Source: an uncultured bacterium (lineage in GTDB: Bacteria; Electryoneota; RPQS01; CBDVBD01). From it: a stretch of 52,113 bases of DNA. A model generated the notes under the pieces. That model had not been told where the DNA came from. It searched no databases and saw only the letters and a list, made by a program, of their open reading frames with translations. Position numbers and translations under genes: made by a program. The DNA is taken from assembly GCA_965372135.1 (NCBI GenBank), contig CBDVBD010000003.1:1-52113 (forward strand), in the 5' to 3' direction. Numbering within the stretch: the stretch's first letter is position 1; each line of letters opens with the position of its first letter. Positions 36,501 to 44,618 of the stretch are shown here, piece after piece.

Positions 36501-38505
36501 CGGTGGTGGCTCGATACCGATACCGACCTTCCGCCAATTCCCCATCCTCATCGATCACTTTCCGGTACCAAGCAATGGCATCTCGAGTATTCTTCTTTTT
36601 CAGGTGGACTCCGGCAATTAACAACTTAGCTTCGGCAGACAGGTGCCGGATAAATTGGTTCGGTACACGCCGGCGGAAGCCTTCCAATCGTTCCAATTCC
36701 AGCAGCGCCAGGTCATCCTCACCGCGAAGCACCAATTCCTCACCAATCCCTAGTTGAGCGGCAGCGGTCAAGTTGGGAGTATCAGGATATTGCTGGATAA
36801 GCTGCTGGAGCCCTTCCACCACTGAACTTCGCATCTGGTCAGACACGGTGAGTTCGATGATGCGGTCGATGGCTTTCCGGTTCCACTCCACTTCATTGGG
36901 ATAGTCCTGCAGTATTTTCAGATAGCTCTGGATGACTTCCTGTCCCTGCCCAAATTTCTCGAAAATGGCAGCGATTTGCATCTGAGCTTCTGCGGCGATA
37001 TCCGCCGGTTCACCCATTTCCCGAATCGCCATGTATTCCGCCAACGCCTGCTGATCGCGATGTGCTTGGAAATAAGTATTAGCGATGGACAGCCGCGCTA
37101 AAGCGGTGGCACGGGGTTGCTCAGGAGTCTGGTTGATAAATCGGCGGAGGTTATCCACCAATGCCGCACTGGCGGTGGTGAACAGGGAATCACTCCCCGT
37201 TCGAATCGATTCATCCCAGAGCACAACCTGATAATCCACCTGCGCTAATGCCGCAACCTCATGCTGCTCGGGGTAAAACCGCAATATCCGCCGCAGGACA
37301 TAGGCTTGCTGATCACGCAATCCCTGTAGATCATATAACCGACTGGTACGGTACCAGGCTTTCGCACACCATGCGCCGCTGTCCGGGTAGTCATTGATGA
37401 CTTTTTGGTATCCCAGTCGCGCCAATTCCAACTCTTCCCGGGTCGGTTCCCGAACCGAAGCCAACGCACCAGCCAGGTAATTATGACTCCAGAGAAATTG
37501 TTCACCAGCGGTTGCCTGACCGGGAATTGGACCGGTTGCCGGCACTTTCCAAATATCCACTCCTCCGCTCCGATTGGAGGAATAGTATATCCAGCCGTCA
37601 CTGCCCCAATGAGGATACAGGTCAAAATCGAAGTCCAGTGTCTTCTGCACCGGATAGGCGGCGATTTCTGAATCCACAGCTCGAGTCCACAGGCTGGAGC
37701 CGTCCGCCCAATCCAGGTCACCGTCACCATCGATGTCACGGGTGATCCGAATCCATGCCAGGTTAACCCCATCCGGAGACACCGCAGGGAATCCCTGCAC
37801 GAAATCAGCCAGATTCAACGTCTTAACAGTCTGACCCCCGGTCGAAGGAATCGTGGTAACATACATGCTACCGTGGTGTTCGGTTTCGTCGATACGCACG
37901 TACAGCAACTGGTCATTCGACAGCCAGCACGGATTTTGACCCCCATCGTAGGTCACCTGCTCAAGGATTTTTTTCTTGCGATGCAATACCCAAATATTAT
38001 CACCACCGTCACGGTCAGAGGTGAATGCGATCCATTTCCCACCGGGGGACACTGTGGGGGTATCGTCACCGCCGGCTGTTCCGGTGAGTTTCTTCGGTTT
38101 GCCGGAGGGATAGACATCATCCCAGGTGACCCGCAACGATAACCACCATACATCACCGAAGGCATCGTCCCGAGTGGATACGAACACCACACCCTTGCCG
38201 TCCGGGGACCAAGCCGGGGAATAATCACCAGCGGGATGGGTGGTCAAGGATTTGGCGACACCTCCCGCAGCAGGCATGATCCATATATCCTGGTTGCCAT
38301 GCTGGTCAGCGGTGAACGCCAGCCATTTCCCATTCGGCGACAGCGCGGGTGAGGTTTCCTTCCCCGGTAGAGTGGTCACCTGAACCCAAGGGACATCGTA
38401 ACTACCCTGCAGCGCCTGAGGATATGCCGGATACATTACTCCAGAAATCAACAGGGCAGCCGGAAGGGCTGAATGGACTATCTTATGGATTATTTGCGTT
38501 CCCAT
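30562..38505 (-). CDS. 2647-aa exported PD40 (TolB-like propeller) - TPR - CHAT caspase-like protease
   Basis: N-terminal hydrophobic leader, PD40 repeats (PALSPNGKWLAF, PAWSPDGK, PTVSPGGKWIAFTSDR), many TPRs, C-terminal CHAT (LPDGPLWSVPFNAL, LHFACHG, LVFLNLC, LWKVDD, HPAYWAG). Confidence 0.85.
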   Translation of the reverse strand: MGTQIIHKIVHSALPAALLISGVMYPAYPQALQGSYDVPWVQVTTLPGKETSPALSPNGKWLAFTADQHGNQDIWIMPAAGGVAKSLTTHPAGDYSPAWSPDGKGVVFVSTRDDAFGDVWWLSLRVTWDDVYPSGKPKKLTGTAGGDDTPTVSPGGKWIAFTSDRDGGDNIWVLHRKKKILEQVTYDGGQNPCWLSNDQLLYVRIDETEHHGSMYVTTIPSTGGQTVKTLNLADFVQGFPAVSPDGVNLAWIRITRDIDGDGDLDWADGSSLWTRAVDSEIAAYPVQKTLDFDFDLYPHWGSDGWIYYSSNRSGGVDIWKVPATGPIPGQATAGEQFLWSHNYLAGALASVREPTREELELARLGYQKVINDYPDSGAWCAKAWYRTSRLYDLQGLRDQQAYVLRRILRFYPEQHEVAALAQVDYQVVLWDESIRTGSDSLFTTASAALVDNLRRFINQTPEQPRATALARLSIANTYFQAHRDQQALAEYMAIREMGEPADIAAEAQMQIAAIFEKFGQGQEVIQSYLKILQDYPNEVEWNRKAIDRIIELTVSDQMRSSVVEGLQQLIQQYPDTPNLTAAAQLGIGEELVLRGEDDLALLELERLEGFRRRVPNQFIRHLSAEAKLLIAGVHLKKKNTRDAIAWYRKVIDEDGELAEGRYRYRATTELLQTLIARGERLEHENDLLRSMAEFSRAISLDSTSIPAWQGLIRVSRWMDRLPEMERELSAALESDPENPLLWYCMGLLMSYKNQGSYHGTLESNRWLEGAIARKSSMSPAYLTLGYNYLALDYLGGKSRRRSFFETVDDAVTTLSRWVTFRRRAPEVDWLERSVNIIRSGIAINHEDDDPRTEARLLINLGNAYYQLGEFGYESAANSYLQGMQYREPFHSVKHEALIRERLGHCLLFSGKYTEASAQLTQARDLYVKIGDAGSEWRVMLRLAELYSFSQEHDLAAEVYSDISDRVDRVGKADSRALWHRNAAVHNLRLKDWKTAERFAKIALSELDSTEVYSRTKIKNYLRFKILGLSIPVMNFGRLGTGTSKAEGFNIQDEWELSQSIRETAATGIKDFPTVRRIISQRLSIAEFTEDIDKQARLNYRLGVVEFRMGNYQVADSLFRKTTEIYLTHPTLVGASYGAMRGLIARGTLLLSWNTVSSQDQQHQHSYAKRVKDWEHHAVDVQDLLKEKGAKTSRDQAVLKNLSSCLLFQNYSSEKPTNYHDAVTRWENTARIESLFLDALSLAKTTDDPVIVVAVHHNLSKFYSEFGEPEKALRHAFTAHQLSVNNEVTEAVWRTEFALGELLFIGDAELTSARDDDTLSTTSNPRQLLENALTTLENQPVYAETYEEEIAHRQSARRCYRVSMDQALDNNDGTELMELAERLQALEWLWAAGAKPFAVKHETQKFIWGEGGGNAPYLQRELQRISSAIRSEQAQEDPDEDLINSWESEHQSLSQEYQELLDKVWDEDPEFGSLFSMRLATVADVQTALDPHEAVLRTIYHRDQVLSWVILPDSVIQVTPSNHSTIFDLLNSQIWTWVLDPAYLHYTNAQLKTVGVPISDGDVTRVADFRSYLIQKIKHEIPGKQGVILSQQWDESALGSLSPVWNVVATESIDGDSALEALSDANLIYIDLPIIARNDQPLSSYFDLGSNPLYFSQLFSQDLTAAVAMIKWNIQDVENQRQGLVVNALLRSFMFAGVPTVVIIPKTDIDLRTVIDFSRLLMDMNAVDAIASLSNSGTDARCKDWILLGARGMKPAQATAYAQDNFRRTILKGNLKLQEGNPKWASRYYLRARRMAVTLGQEAVLSNIDKLLLRAANESGRWQDAVEIQRRLLESAQQAGDHDGVRLGWQNLAVFYTQASDVTNALISWDHVLESAQADADLPSQVNAYLSQSDLYRSSRESEMALQAVTKALRVSKEADNEDMELKCLAQQAKIQYEFDEVESALITLDDAETLLEKVGLSETLIPLALSIYEIKSRILSVIGRYQEALSYTRQALEIAGTDTVQLGYLMQRMADLYWESGRLPEAGRWALRADSLFQRVGDNSYRLLNQNTRSLIALSLGHRDQAVELAGTALALATDQGDSANMATITRNLGLIELQSGKPDRAVLRFKEAQQLDGHLKRTTGLAHDLANLGLAFRATGLLDSALSTLSLAVSVGSPLSDRRPVVKAYLGSALVQYETGNNQDALEMLDRAQEAVRDRPLGAYLWRIWQLRGQIYRETNRRQQAMEAFRRAMVVLEDDPVASADIHPTGIPGQPVDPFDLAMGTAIADDDYESAILTSDRKRRWLQHQPFQLEGYIDSEHGFQSPDWRELQQVIPEGSVLLSYHVTPDTANLFIATSSALVVHGITGNQLTLQQLADELNTAVVKLLSVDEVSHELYRILIEPAEPWLTDSRQVIVLPDGPLWSVPFNALMDNDSRMLIDRFPILTLSTLNHLSRLAAQERPFQNLWAMAYPHSDRVDDDLIFAQREVQRITLEEPIATAFVNGQSREGIFDTTTTNDLVLHFACHGWSDPDDILASGIVMQGDADHDGVWQAREIAGTALDCPLVFLNLCPENDKGNRPTVPILPKAFQVAGCSKVIAPLWKVDDLAAAVTAKLFYRYLREHKPGNGSVSGTLKEIITLRRAQLAVRDKVNAHPAYWAGYIMLY

Positions 38506-39044
38506 CGTCCTTCGGATACTTCAATCCAGGTGCCATCAGGAGATCCTTCCTGGTTCAGCCGGGCGAATACCACTGCGATTAGTGCCGATTCCCGTGTGTC
38601 CAGGTCGGTTTCCAACTCCACAATCCGCACCATGATCACCTGCCGATCGCGGTTCTCCTCCCCCACCACCGTATCCACACGTCGGCGGTATATTTCATCC
38701 CGTTCGTACTTGCTGGAGGATCGGATTTCCAGCAATCCGGTCAACGCTTCTCCCACCACACCGTCGTTCTTGAATTCCTCGACATCATCTCGGTTAAACA
38801 TCCGGTTGCGCATTGCCTCCAGCATCTGACGGCGTTCCTGGGAAAAGGTTTGTTCCGTGCTGTCCGGTGATCGGTAGGACACCAGCATCCAGACCTCCTC
38901 TTCCAACCGGGCGTAGTGCCCCAGGATCTGATTCTCCAACGCAGTCTTCTCCCCGGTGATACGTACTTCCGGAGTCTGAATGGCGCATCCGGAAATGATA
39001 GAGGCTGACAATACTGCCAGCCATAGTAACCACATGCGTTTCAT
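38490..39044 (-). CDS. DUF1318 (YdbL-like) lipoprotein
   Basis: Lipobox ISGC, TGEKTALENQILG, GVVGEALTGLL, ENRDR, G.W.....G.W..K end; start at MKRM 39044 preferred. Confidence 0.72.
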   Translation of the reverse strand: MKRMWLLWLAVLSASIISGCAIQTPEVRITGEKTALENQILGHYARLEEEVWMLVSYRSPDSTEQTFSQERRQMLEAMRNRMFNRDDVEEFKNDGVVGEALTGLLEIRSSSKYERDEIYRRRVDTVVGEENRDRQVIMVRIVELETDLDTRESALIAVVFARLNQEGSPDGTWIEVSEGRWERK

Positions 39045-39054
39045 CTCTATACCC

Positions 39055-39936
39055 TCACAATGTAATATTTGCATGACGGCAAGCCGATTCAAGTGTATTT
39101 TGCAGTAACATAGCGATGGTCATGGGACCAACACCCCCGGGTACCGGTGTCAACTTCGACGCTTTCTGAGATACGGAGTGCGCATCCACATCACCCACCA
39201 ACCTATATCCTCGTTCATTATCCGCATCCACCCGGTTCACCCCCACGTCGATCACCACCGCACCCTGCTTGATCCAATCACCCTTCACGAATTCCGGTTG
39301 ACCAAGGCAAGCCACCACGATGTCACCGGTGGCAACGATTTCTGGCAGATTCTTAGTCCGGGAATGACACAACGTTACGGTGGCGTTGGCACCCGGTTTT
39401 TTCTGAGATAACATGACTGAGAGCGGCTTCCCTACGATGTTGGATCTGCCCACAATCACCACGTGTTTTCCCCCGGGATCCACTCCGGACCAATTCAGCA
39501 ACTCCATCACACCGCGCGGCGTACAGGACTGAAAAACACCAGTACCTAATAATAATCTGCCCACATTCGCCGGGTGCAGGCAGTCCACATCCTTGCGTTC
39601 GTCGATGGTGGGGATAATGCGATCAGCGGACAATGACTCCGGCAGGGGAAGCTGCACGAGGATTCCATGGATACGTTTATCGTTATTGAACTTAGCGATT
39701 TGGTCCAACAACTGTTTTTCCTGTACTTTAGCCGACATTTTTCGGGTCACAGAATAGAATCCCACTTTTTCGCAGGCTTTACCTTTCATGCGCACATACA
39801 CCATCGATGCTGGATCTTCTCCCACCTGGATCACCGCCAAACCGGGAACCACCCCCTGGGCTTTCAGCAATTTGGTTTGTTCCGTTATCCGCCCCCGGAT
39901 GGCAGCGGCACAGGTTTTCCCGTCAATTAATTCCAT
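39055..39936 (-). CDS. folD: Bifunctional methylenetetrahydrofolate dehydrogenase/cyclohydrolase FolD
   Basis: YVRMK, HGILVQLPLP, KDVD, GRSNIVGKP, DVGVNR, TPVPGGVGPMT. Confidence 0.97.
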   Translation of the reverse strand: MELIDGKTCAAAIRGRITEQTKLLKAQGVVPGLAVIQVGEDPASMVYVRMKGKACEKVGFYSVTRKMSAKVQEKQLLDQIAKFNNDKRIHGILVQLPLPESLSADRIIPTIDERKDVDCLHPANVGRLLLGTGVFQSCTPRGVMELLNWSGVDPGGKHVVIVGRSNIVGKPLSVMLSQKKPGANATVTLCHSRTKNLPEIVATGDIVVACLGQPEFVKGDWIKQGAVVIDVGVNRVDADNERGYRLVGDVDAHSVSQKASKLTPVPGGVGPMTIAMLLQNTLESACRHANITL

Positions 39937-39962
39937 TGCCTACACTCCGCTTTTATTTTCGC

Positions 39963-40928
39963 CTATGTTTTTCCAGTACTTCCCTGGGGTATCAGATATT
40001 TCAGATATCCTCGGCTGTAATTTCGAAAAATCAGGTAATTCACCAACCAGTTCGGCATCCAGAATGATTCGAGGATCAACGCCACCCATCGCAGCGGGTG
40101 ATAGAAAACACCCAGGCAAGCCATTCGAATCACCAGATTTTTCCAGACTGCCGGATTCCCCAGTCGATATTTCAAGGGCACTGCCAAGGATAGCTTCATC
40201 TCGTCCGTCAATTCCGGGTGTTTTTCAATCAGGTAGGGGATGGAGCGTTTGCCGTAATCCTCCAACGTACTCAGGATGTCATTGAGCGTTCGCAGGTGAT
40301 TGTGATAGGACAAGGCTTCCTCCGACACCCGAAACGGTACTCCCGCTTTCCTGAGCCGGACCCCGTAATCCAAATCCTCACCGCCGTATCCCCGGAAATT
40401 CTCGTCCAGAAGCCCGACCTTTTCCACTGCCCATCGCGGCAAGGACACATTCAATGTCACAAAATACCGCCCGGGGATGTCCGTCTGCTCGGGATGTTTC
40501 CAGGCGCCACGCTGGGGATAATATCGGGTCAAAGCGCTCCGACGCACATCGGGATGGTACCTCACCATCCCAAGCACCACAGATTCTCCATTGCCCGCGG
40601 CAACATGGGTTTCCACGAATTCCGGTACTACCTCCATATCCCCATCCAGCAGGATAATCGGATCGCCGGTCACAATCCTGAGACCGGCATTGCGCGCACC
40701 GGATCGCCCCTTTGCTTCGGTATGGAATACCGGTCGCAATTGCAGCTTTCCAGAATACGATCGCAAGTATTCCCCAGTGCCGTCGTTGGAGCCATCATCC
40801 ACCACGATCACTTCAAACTGATCTGATGCCCAGGTTTGATTTTCCAACGATCGCAACACGTTCTTCAGCAGACTGAGCTGGTTATGCGATGGGATGATGA
40901 TGGTGGGTTTAAGATCACTTGTTGTCAC
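39963..40928 (-). CDS. GT2 family glycosyltransferase
   Basis: IIIPSHN, VVDDGSNDGT, ARNAG, LDGD, GGEDLD. Confidence 0.9.
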   Translation of the reverse strand: MTTSDLKPTIIIPSHNQLSLLKNVLRSLENQTWASDQFEVIVVDDGSNDGTGEYLRSYSGKLQLRPVFHTEAKGRSGARNAGLRIVTGDPIILLDGDMEVVPEFVETHVAAGNGESVVLGMVRYHPDVRRSALTRYYPQRGAWKHPEQTDIPGRYFVTLNVSLPRWAVEKVGLLDENFRGYGGEDLDYGVRLRKAGVPFRVSEEALSYHNHLRTLNDILSTLEDYGKRSIPYLIEKHPELTDEMKLSLAVPLKYRLGNPAVWKNLVIRMACLGVFYHPLRWVALILESFWMPNWLVNYLIFRNYSRGYLKYLIPQGSTGKT

Positions 40929-42000
40929 TGGACGGATCCATTAATTGTTCCAATTTGTCCACAAACGCCCGCCAGGTAAAGCGTTCCGCTGTTTTCAAAC
41001 CTTCCGATTGCAGTCTCACGCGAAGATCCGGGGTATCCAGGAGATGACGAATACCTGCCGACATGTCTACAGGAGAATTAACTGGCACTAACCATGCGTT
41101 GACCTCATGCTGGGCATATTCCTTAATACCATCTATATCGGTACTGATTACCGGAACCCCGCAAGCCATCGCTTCCAGCGGCGGCAACCCGAACCCCTCC
41201 ATCCGGGACGGAAATACAAACAGGTGTGCCGCCCGCATCTGTTTCACAAGTTCTCCATCATCCTCTGGAGCCGTGATCGTCACCGGAAATTGACAGGCAT
41301 CGGTCAAAATCGGATCAGCGGTGATGGCGTTCAACCGGAAATCCTGGCGCTCCTGCCACAACAAGTTCAGCGCTTCCACCAATTCCCGCCATCCCTTAGC
41401 GACATGTTTTCGAGCCACTGTCGTTAGTTTATACGTTTTCGGTTGGCTTGTTTTCTGTTTGCCGGATTTGAATACTTCAGGATTTATCCCGGGATTGATG
41501 ATGTGCTTTGGCTTCGGTCCAATCCGCGACACCTGATCCCTTGTCCATGCAGAATTGGTAACCATCACCAACGGCAGCCTGTAACTCAACCACACGGACA
41601 TTTTATGCAATCCAATCTGCCACGAAGTTTTAACCAACGTCCGGTCGTCAAACAGGTGATAATCATCCGCCATGATAAAGTGAATCCCCCGCGTCGGACG
41701 CAGCCAAGTAGCAATCGTGTTCAGAAACGCCATATAAGGCATAGTACTCAACACCATATCAACAGCCGGAAGGTTCCTCAGTAACGCCGGACCGTTGAAT
41801 AATATAGACTTTATAGGGTTATCGTAGTTACGACCACATTCAATGACTGACAAGGATTCCGGAATGTTCGTTCTGAAACGACCTTTGGGGACGAGAATGG
41901 TTACCTGATGTCCCCGTCGGACCAATTCCTCGCTCACTTCCCGGCATACCCGGTGCCCACCACCCCGTTTCAAGTCCTGCATCAGCCAGGCGATCCTCAT
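40915..42000 (-). CDS. GT4 family glycosyltransferase
   Basis: GGG motif near N-terminus, KG, EGFGLPPLEAMACG; start at MRIAW via ATGA overlap. Confidence 0.9.
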   Translation of the reverse strand: MRIAWLMQDLKRGGGHRVCREVSEELVRRGHQVTILVPKGRFRTNIPESLSVIECGRNYDNPIKSILFNGPALLRNLPAVDMVLSTMPYMAFLNTIATWLRPTRGIHFIMADDYHLFDDRTLVKTSWQIGLHKMSVWLSYRLPLVMVTNSAWTRDQVSRIGPKPKHIINPGINPEVFKSGKQKTSQPKTYKLTTVARKHVAKGWRELVEALNLLWQERQDFRLNAITADPILTDACQFPVTITAPEDDGELVKQMRAAHLFVFPSRMEGFGLPPLEAMACGVPVISTDIDGIKEYAQHEVNAWLVPVNSPVDMSAGIRHLLDTPDLRVRLQSEGLKTAERFTWRAFVDKLEQLMDPSSDNK

Positions 42001-43079
42001 GCCATCCACCCTTCTCGGCGATAATAGTCGTACAGCCGATTGGTCACCACATCAATATCATGTACCTGCTCCACCCACGCTCGTCCCTCATTGCCCTTCT
42101 GTTGGCGGTAATCCAGATCGTCGATCAATCGCTTGAGTGCAGCTTCCACGGTGTCCGGAGTGGCATAGATAAACGGATGTCCCGGAATTTTGTCCTCCAT
42201 TTCGGGATGAATATTGGTCACGGTTGGGATCCCCATCGCCAACGTTTCCAAAGAACTCATGCCGTAACCCCACCCCCCCAAATTAGTCAACTGATCCACG
42301 GCGATATGGCAGCTCCGTTTCATTTCCAAGGCTTCATGATGGGGAACATTATGCATCAAAACCAGCTCTACAGGGTATTTCTTTTTCAGGTTCTCAACCG
42401 CCTGAATCACGTATTTGGTACCTTTGAATTCAGGAATCCGAGCCGCATGACAAATTCGCACCGGATCGCCATCCAGATCAACCGGTTGGAACTGCTTGGT
42501 TTCGATCGGCAGGTGCAGGTATTCCATCTTGGGGTGCATGGGAATCAGGTCCCACTCGCTGGTTAAATGCAAATCAGCCACTGCTTCCACCGCCGGGATC
42601 ACACCCCGGTTGCGAATATCCGTGCCATGGTAAAAGCATATGAATTTCTTGCCCTGATTTTTCCACTCTCTAACCACACGACCGTCACGAAAAAACTCCA
42701 AGCCCTGTTCCAAATGGATAATATCGAACGTATCCAGACGGTGTTCCTTCACCGCGCGCATCACTCTCGGAGTGATTAGATTATCCCGCATCCGAAACAG
42801 GGCAGCTTCCAAAGCACCATTGGGTTTCCACACCGGCGGATACCCTTCCAGATTCCGTTGCATATCGACTCCACGAACCCCATGGAATAATTTCTTGAGC
42901 GCTACAAACAACCGGTTCCCGGGCATCAGCGGGATATTTAGACAGATATCTTCCGGGAAATTATAGCGGCTGTGGAACAAGGTTACGAACCGGCAGTCGT
43001 GCCCGTGGCGGCGGTGTGCTTCCTGGAACATGGTCAACGTTCCGGAGATGTGTTCGGGGGAAATGTAGAGAATGCGCAT
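41997..43079 (-). CDS. GT-B (GT4-like) glycosyltransferase
   Basis: HGTDIR, HA.....KGT, VDQL...GYGMSSLETLAMG. Confidence 0.8.
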   Translation of the reverse strand: MRILYISPEHISGTLTMFQEAHRRHGHDCRFVTLFHSRYNFPEDICLNIPLMPGNRLFVALKKLFHGVRGVDMQRNLEGYPPVWKPNGALEAALFRMRDNLITPRVMRAVKEHRLDTFDIIHLEQGLEFFRDGRVVREWKNQGKKFICFYHGTDIRNRGVIPAVEAVADLHLTSEWDLIPMHPKMEYLHLPIETKQFQPVDLDGDPVRICHAARIPEFKGTKYVIQAVENLKKKYPVELVLMHNVPHHEALEMKRSCHIAVDQLTNLGGWGYGMSSLETLAMGIPTVTNIHPEMEDKIPGHPFIYATPDTVEAALKRLIDDLDYRQQKGNEGRAWVEQVHDIDVVTNRLYDYYRREGWMA

Positions 43080-43083
43080 TCCG

Positions 43084-44616
43084 CTACCTCCCGCTCCCGG
43101 TTAATTTAGCCCACATTGTGTTCAACCTGTGGGATTCACTGGCGTCAAAGAACCGCACCGAATACAGCAATACCGGAAATACCAATAGCAACAAAACCGG
43201 CACCCACAGGGGCATTGACGGGAATATATAGAATATTCCGGTTAAAATGGCGGTGACTGCCACAATTTTGAAGATGCGGTTCCATTCGTAGGGAACCGGA
43301 TAATGCCGGTGGATCATTACATAAAGCAGCACCGTCATCACCACCATGGACAATACGGTAGTCCAAGCCGCCCCAAACATGCCCCACACGGGGATCACCA
43401 GTAGGTTGCCGACGATATTGATCGCCGCAGCCACTCCGGTTATCAGCGGTAGATAGTGAGTCTTTTTCTTGATGTAGATTCCCACGGTGAAATTGGCATA
43501 CACCCCATCGACCATGTGCGCTCCCAGGATGATGGGAAACACCGCCATGCCCGCCCAAAATCTGGGATCGATAATCGATCCGTTTAATATCGGTAGTTGA
43601 GCCCGGATAATGGGATTGATGAAGTATATCAATCCGAGAAACATGAAACAAGTCACTAATACATAGTATGTTAGAACTCTGGCGAACGTCCGCGGAGCAT
43701 CGGGTTTTTTGGCGTGGTCCAGGAAGAAAGGCTGCCAGGCAAACCGGAAAGCGTTGGCGACAATCCCCATGAACAATCCCATTTTGTATCCGGTGCTGTA
43801 CAAACCCACTTCCTCGGCGCCGGAAATGATTTCCAATATCTTGCGGTCGGACAATTCGATTATCATCACGAAAAACAAACTGGGGACATTAGGTAAGCCG
43901 AAGACGGCGAATTTCCGCAACATTTCCCAGGAAAATCCGAGTGCAAAATACCGTACGCTAACCAGAAAAACCAACACCATCGTGCTTAAAGATGCCCAGA
44001 AAGTCGCCCAGAAAATCCCCACGATTCCCCATTTCCATACCGCCACTAACAAGATATTCAACGCGATAGTAATCAGGACATTCAGCAGTTTCAACGCGGT
44101 GAAAAGCATGGCTTTCTGCTGCCCACGCAACACCAGAAACGGAAAAACCGCCACTGTATCAAAGAACAGAATCCCAGCACACAACTGGATTAGCTTAGAT
44201 TTGAGGATGATGTCGCCGGGGTCTTGGAACACCAGCGACGCCAATGAGGTGGATGCGAAGAAGATCACCGCGGTGAAAAGCACAGAAGTGGATGTGATGG
44301 TTATAAACGTCCCGCCCATCATCTTCCGGCGGGCAGCGGGGTCATCCTCCATCACGTAATACCGCAGAAAGGAGATATCGAAGCCGTACACGTAGAAGAC
44401 ATGGACTACGGCGATGAAGATAAACAGCAGCGTGACTTCGCCGTATTCAGCCGGAGTAATCAGGTGGGTATAAAACGGCAGCAGCAGGAAGGAGATAATC
44501 CGAGTAGCCACGTGCCCGACACCGTAAATTAACGACTGAGTGGACAGTCGTTTTAACGGCTCGAACAACGAGGTTGATTCTGACGAAGCTGCTGTATTAT
44601 CAGGTGTTGAAACCAT
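43084..44616 (-). CDS. Oligosaccharide flippase (Wzx/MOP family)
   Basis: About 14 TMs, IYG......ISFLLLPFYT..I.PAEYG, DR..L......EVGLYS, AWQP; start at MVST preferred. Confidence 0.85.
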   Translation of the reverse strand: MVSTPDNTAASSESTSLFEPLKRLSTQSLIYGVGHVATRIISFLLLPFYTHLITPAEYGEVTLLFIFIAVVHVFYVYGFDISFLRYYVMEDDPAARRKMMGGTFITITSTSVLFTAVIFFASTSLASLVFQDPGDIILKSKLIQLCAGILFFDTVAVFPFLVLRGQQKAMLFTALKLLNVLITIALNILLVAVWKWGIVGIFWATFWASLSTMVLVFLVSVRYFALGFSWEMLRKFAVFGLPNVPSLFFVMIIELSDRKILEIISGAEEVGLYSTGYKMGLFMGIVANAFRFAWQPFFLDHAKKPDAPRTFARVLTYYVLVTCFMFLGLIYFINPIIRAQLPILNGSIIDPRFWAGMAVFPIILGAHMVDGVYANFTVGIYIKKKTHYLPLITGVAAAINIVGNLLVIPVWGMFGAAWTTVLSMVVMTVLLYVMIHRHYPVPYEWNRIFKIVAVTAILTGIFYIFPSMPLWVPVLLLLVFPVLLYSVRFFDASESHRLNTMWAKLTGSGR

Positions 44617-44618
44617 AA

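Noticed and set aside
27489-38505. One single operon/system joining the CHAT protein with the FecR-LPP20-SLH genes
   Set aside because: A good sigma70-like promoter lies in the 100-nt gap at 30462-30561, so they are reported separately; a functional link is unproven
43709-44359. Long alternative-frame ORFs (e.g. 43709-44359, 20644-21264, 28893-29501, 40218-40826)
   Set aside because: They lie antisense to well-supported genes and show no recognisable motifs
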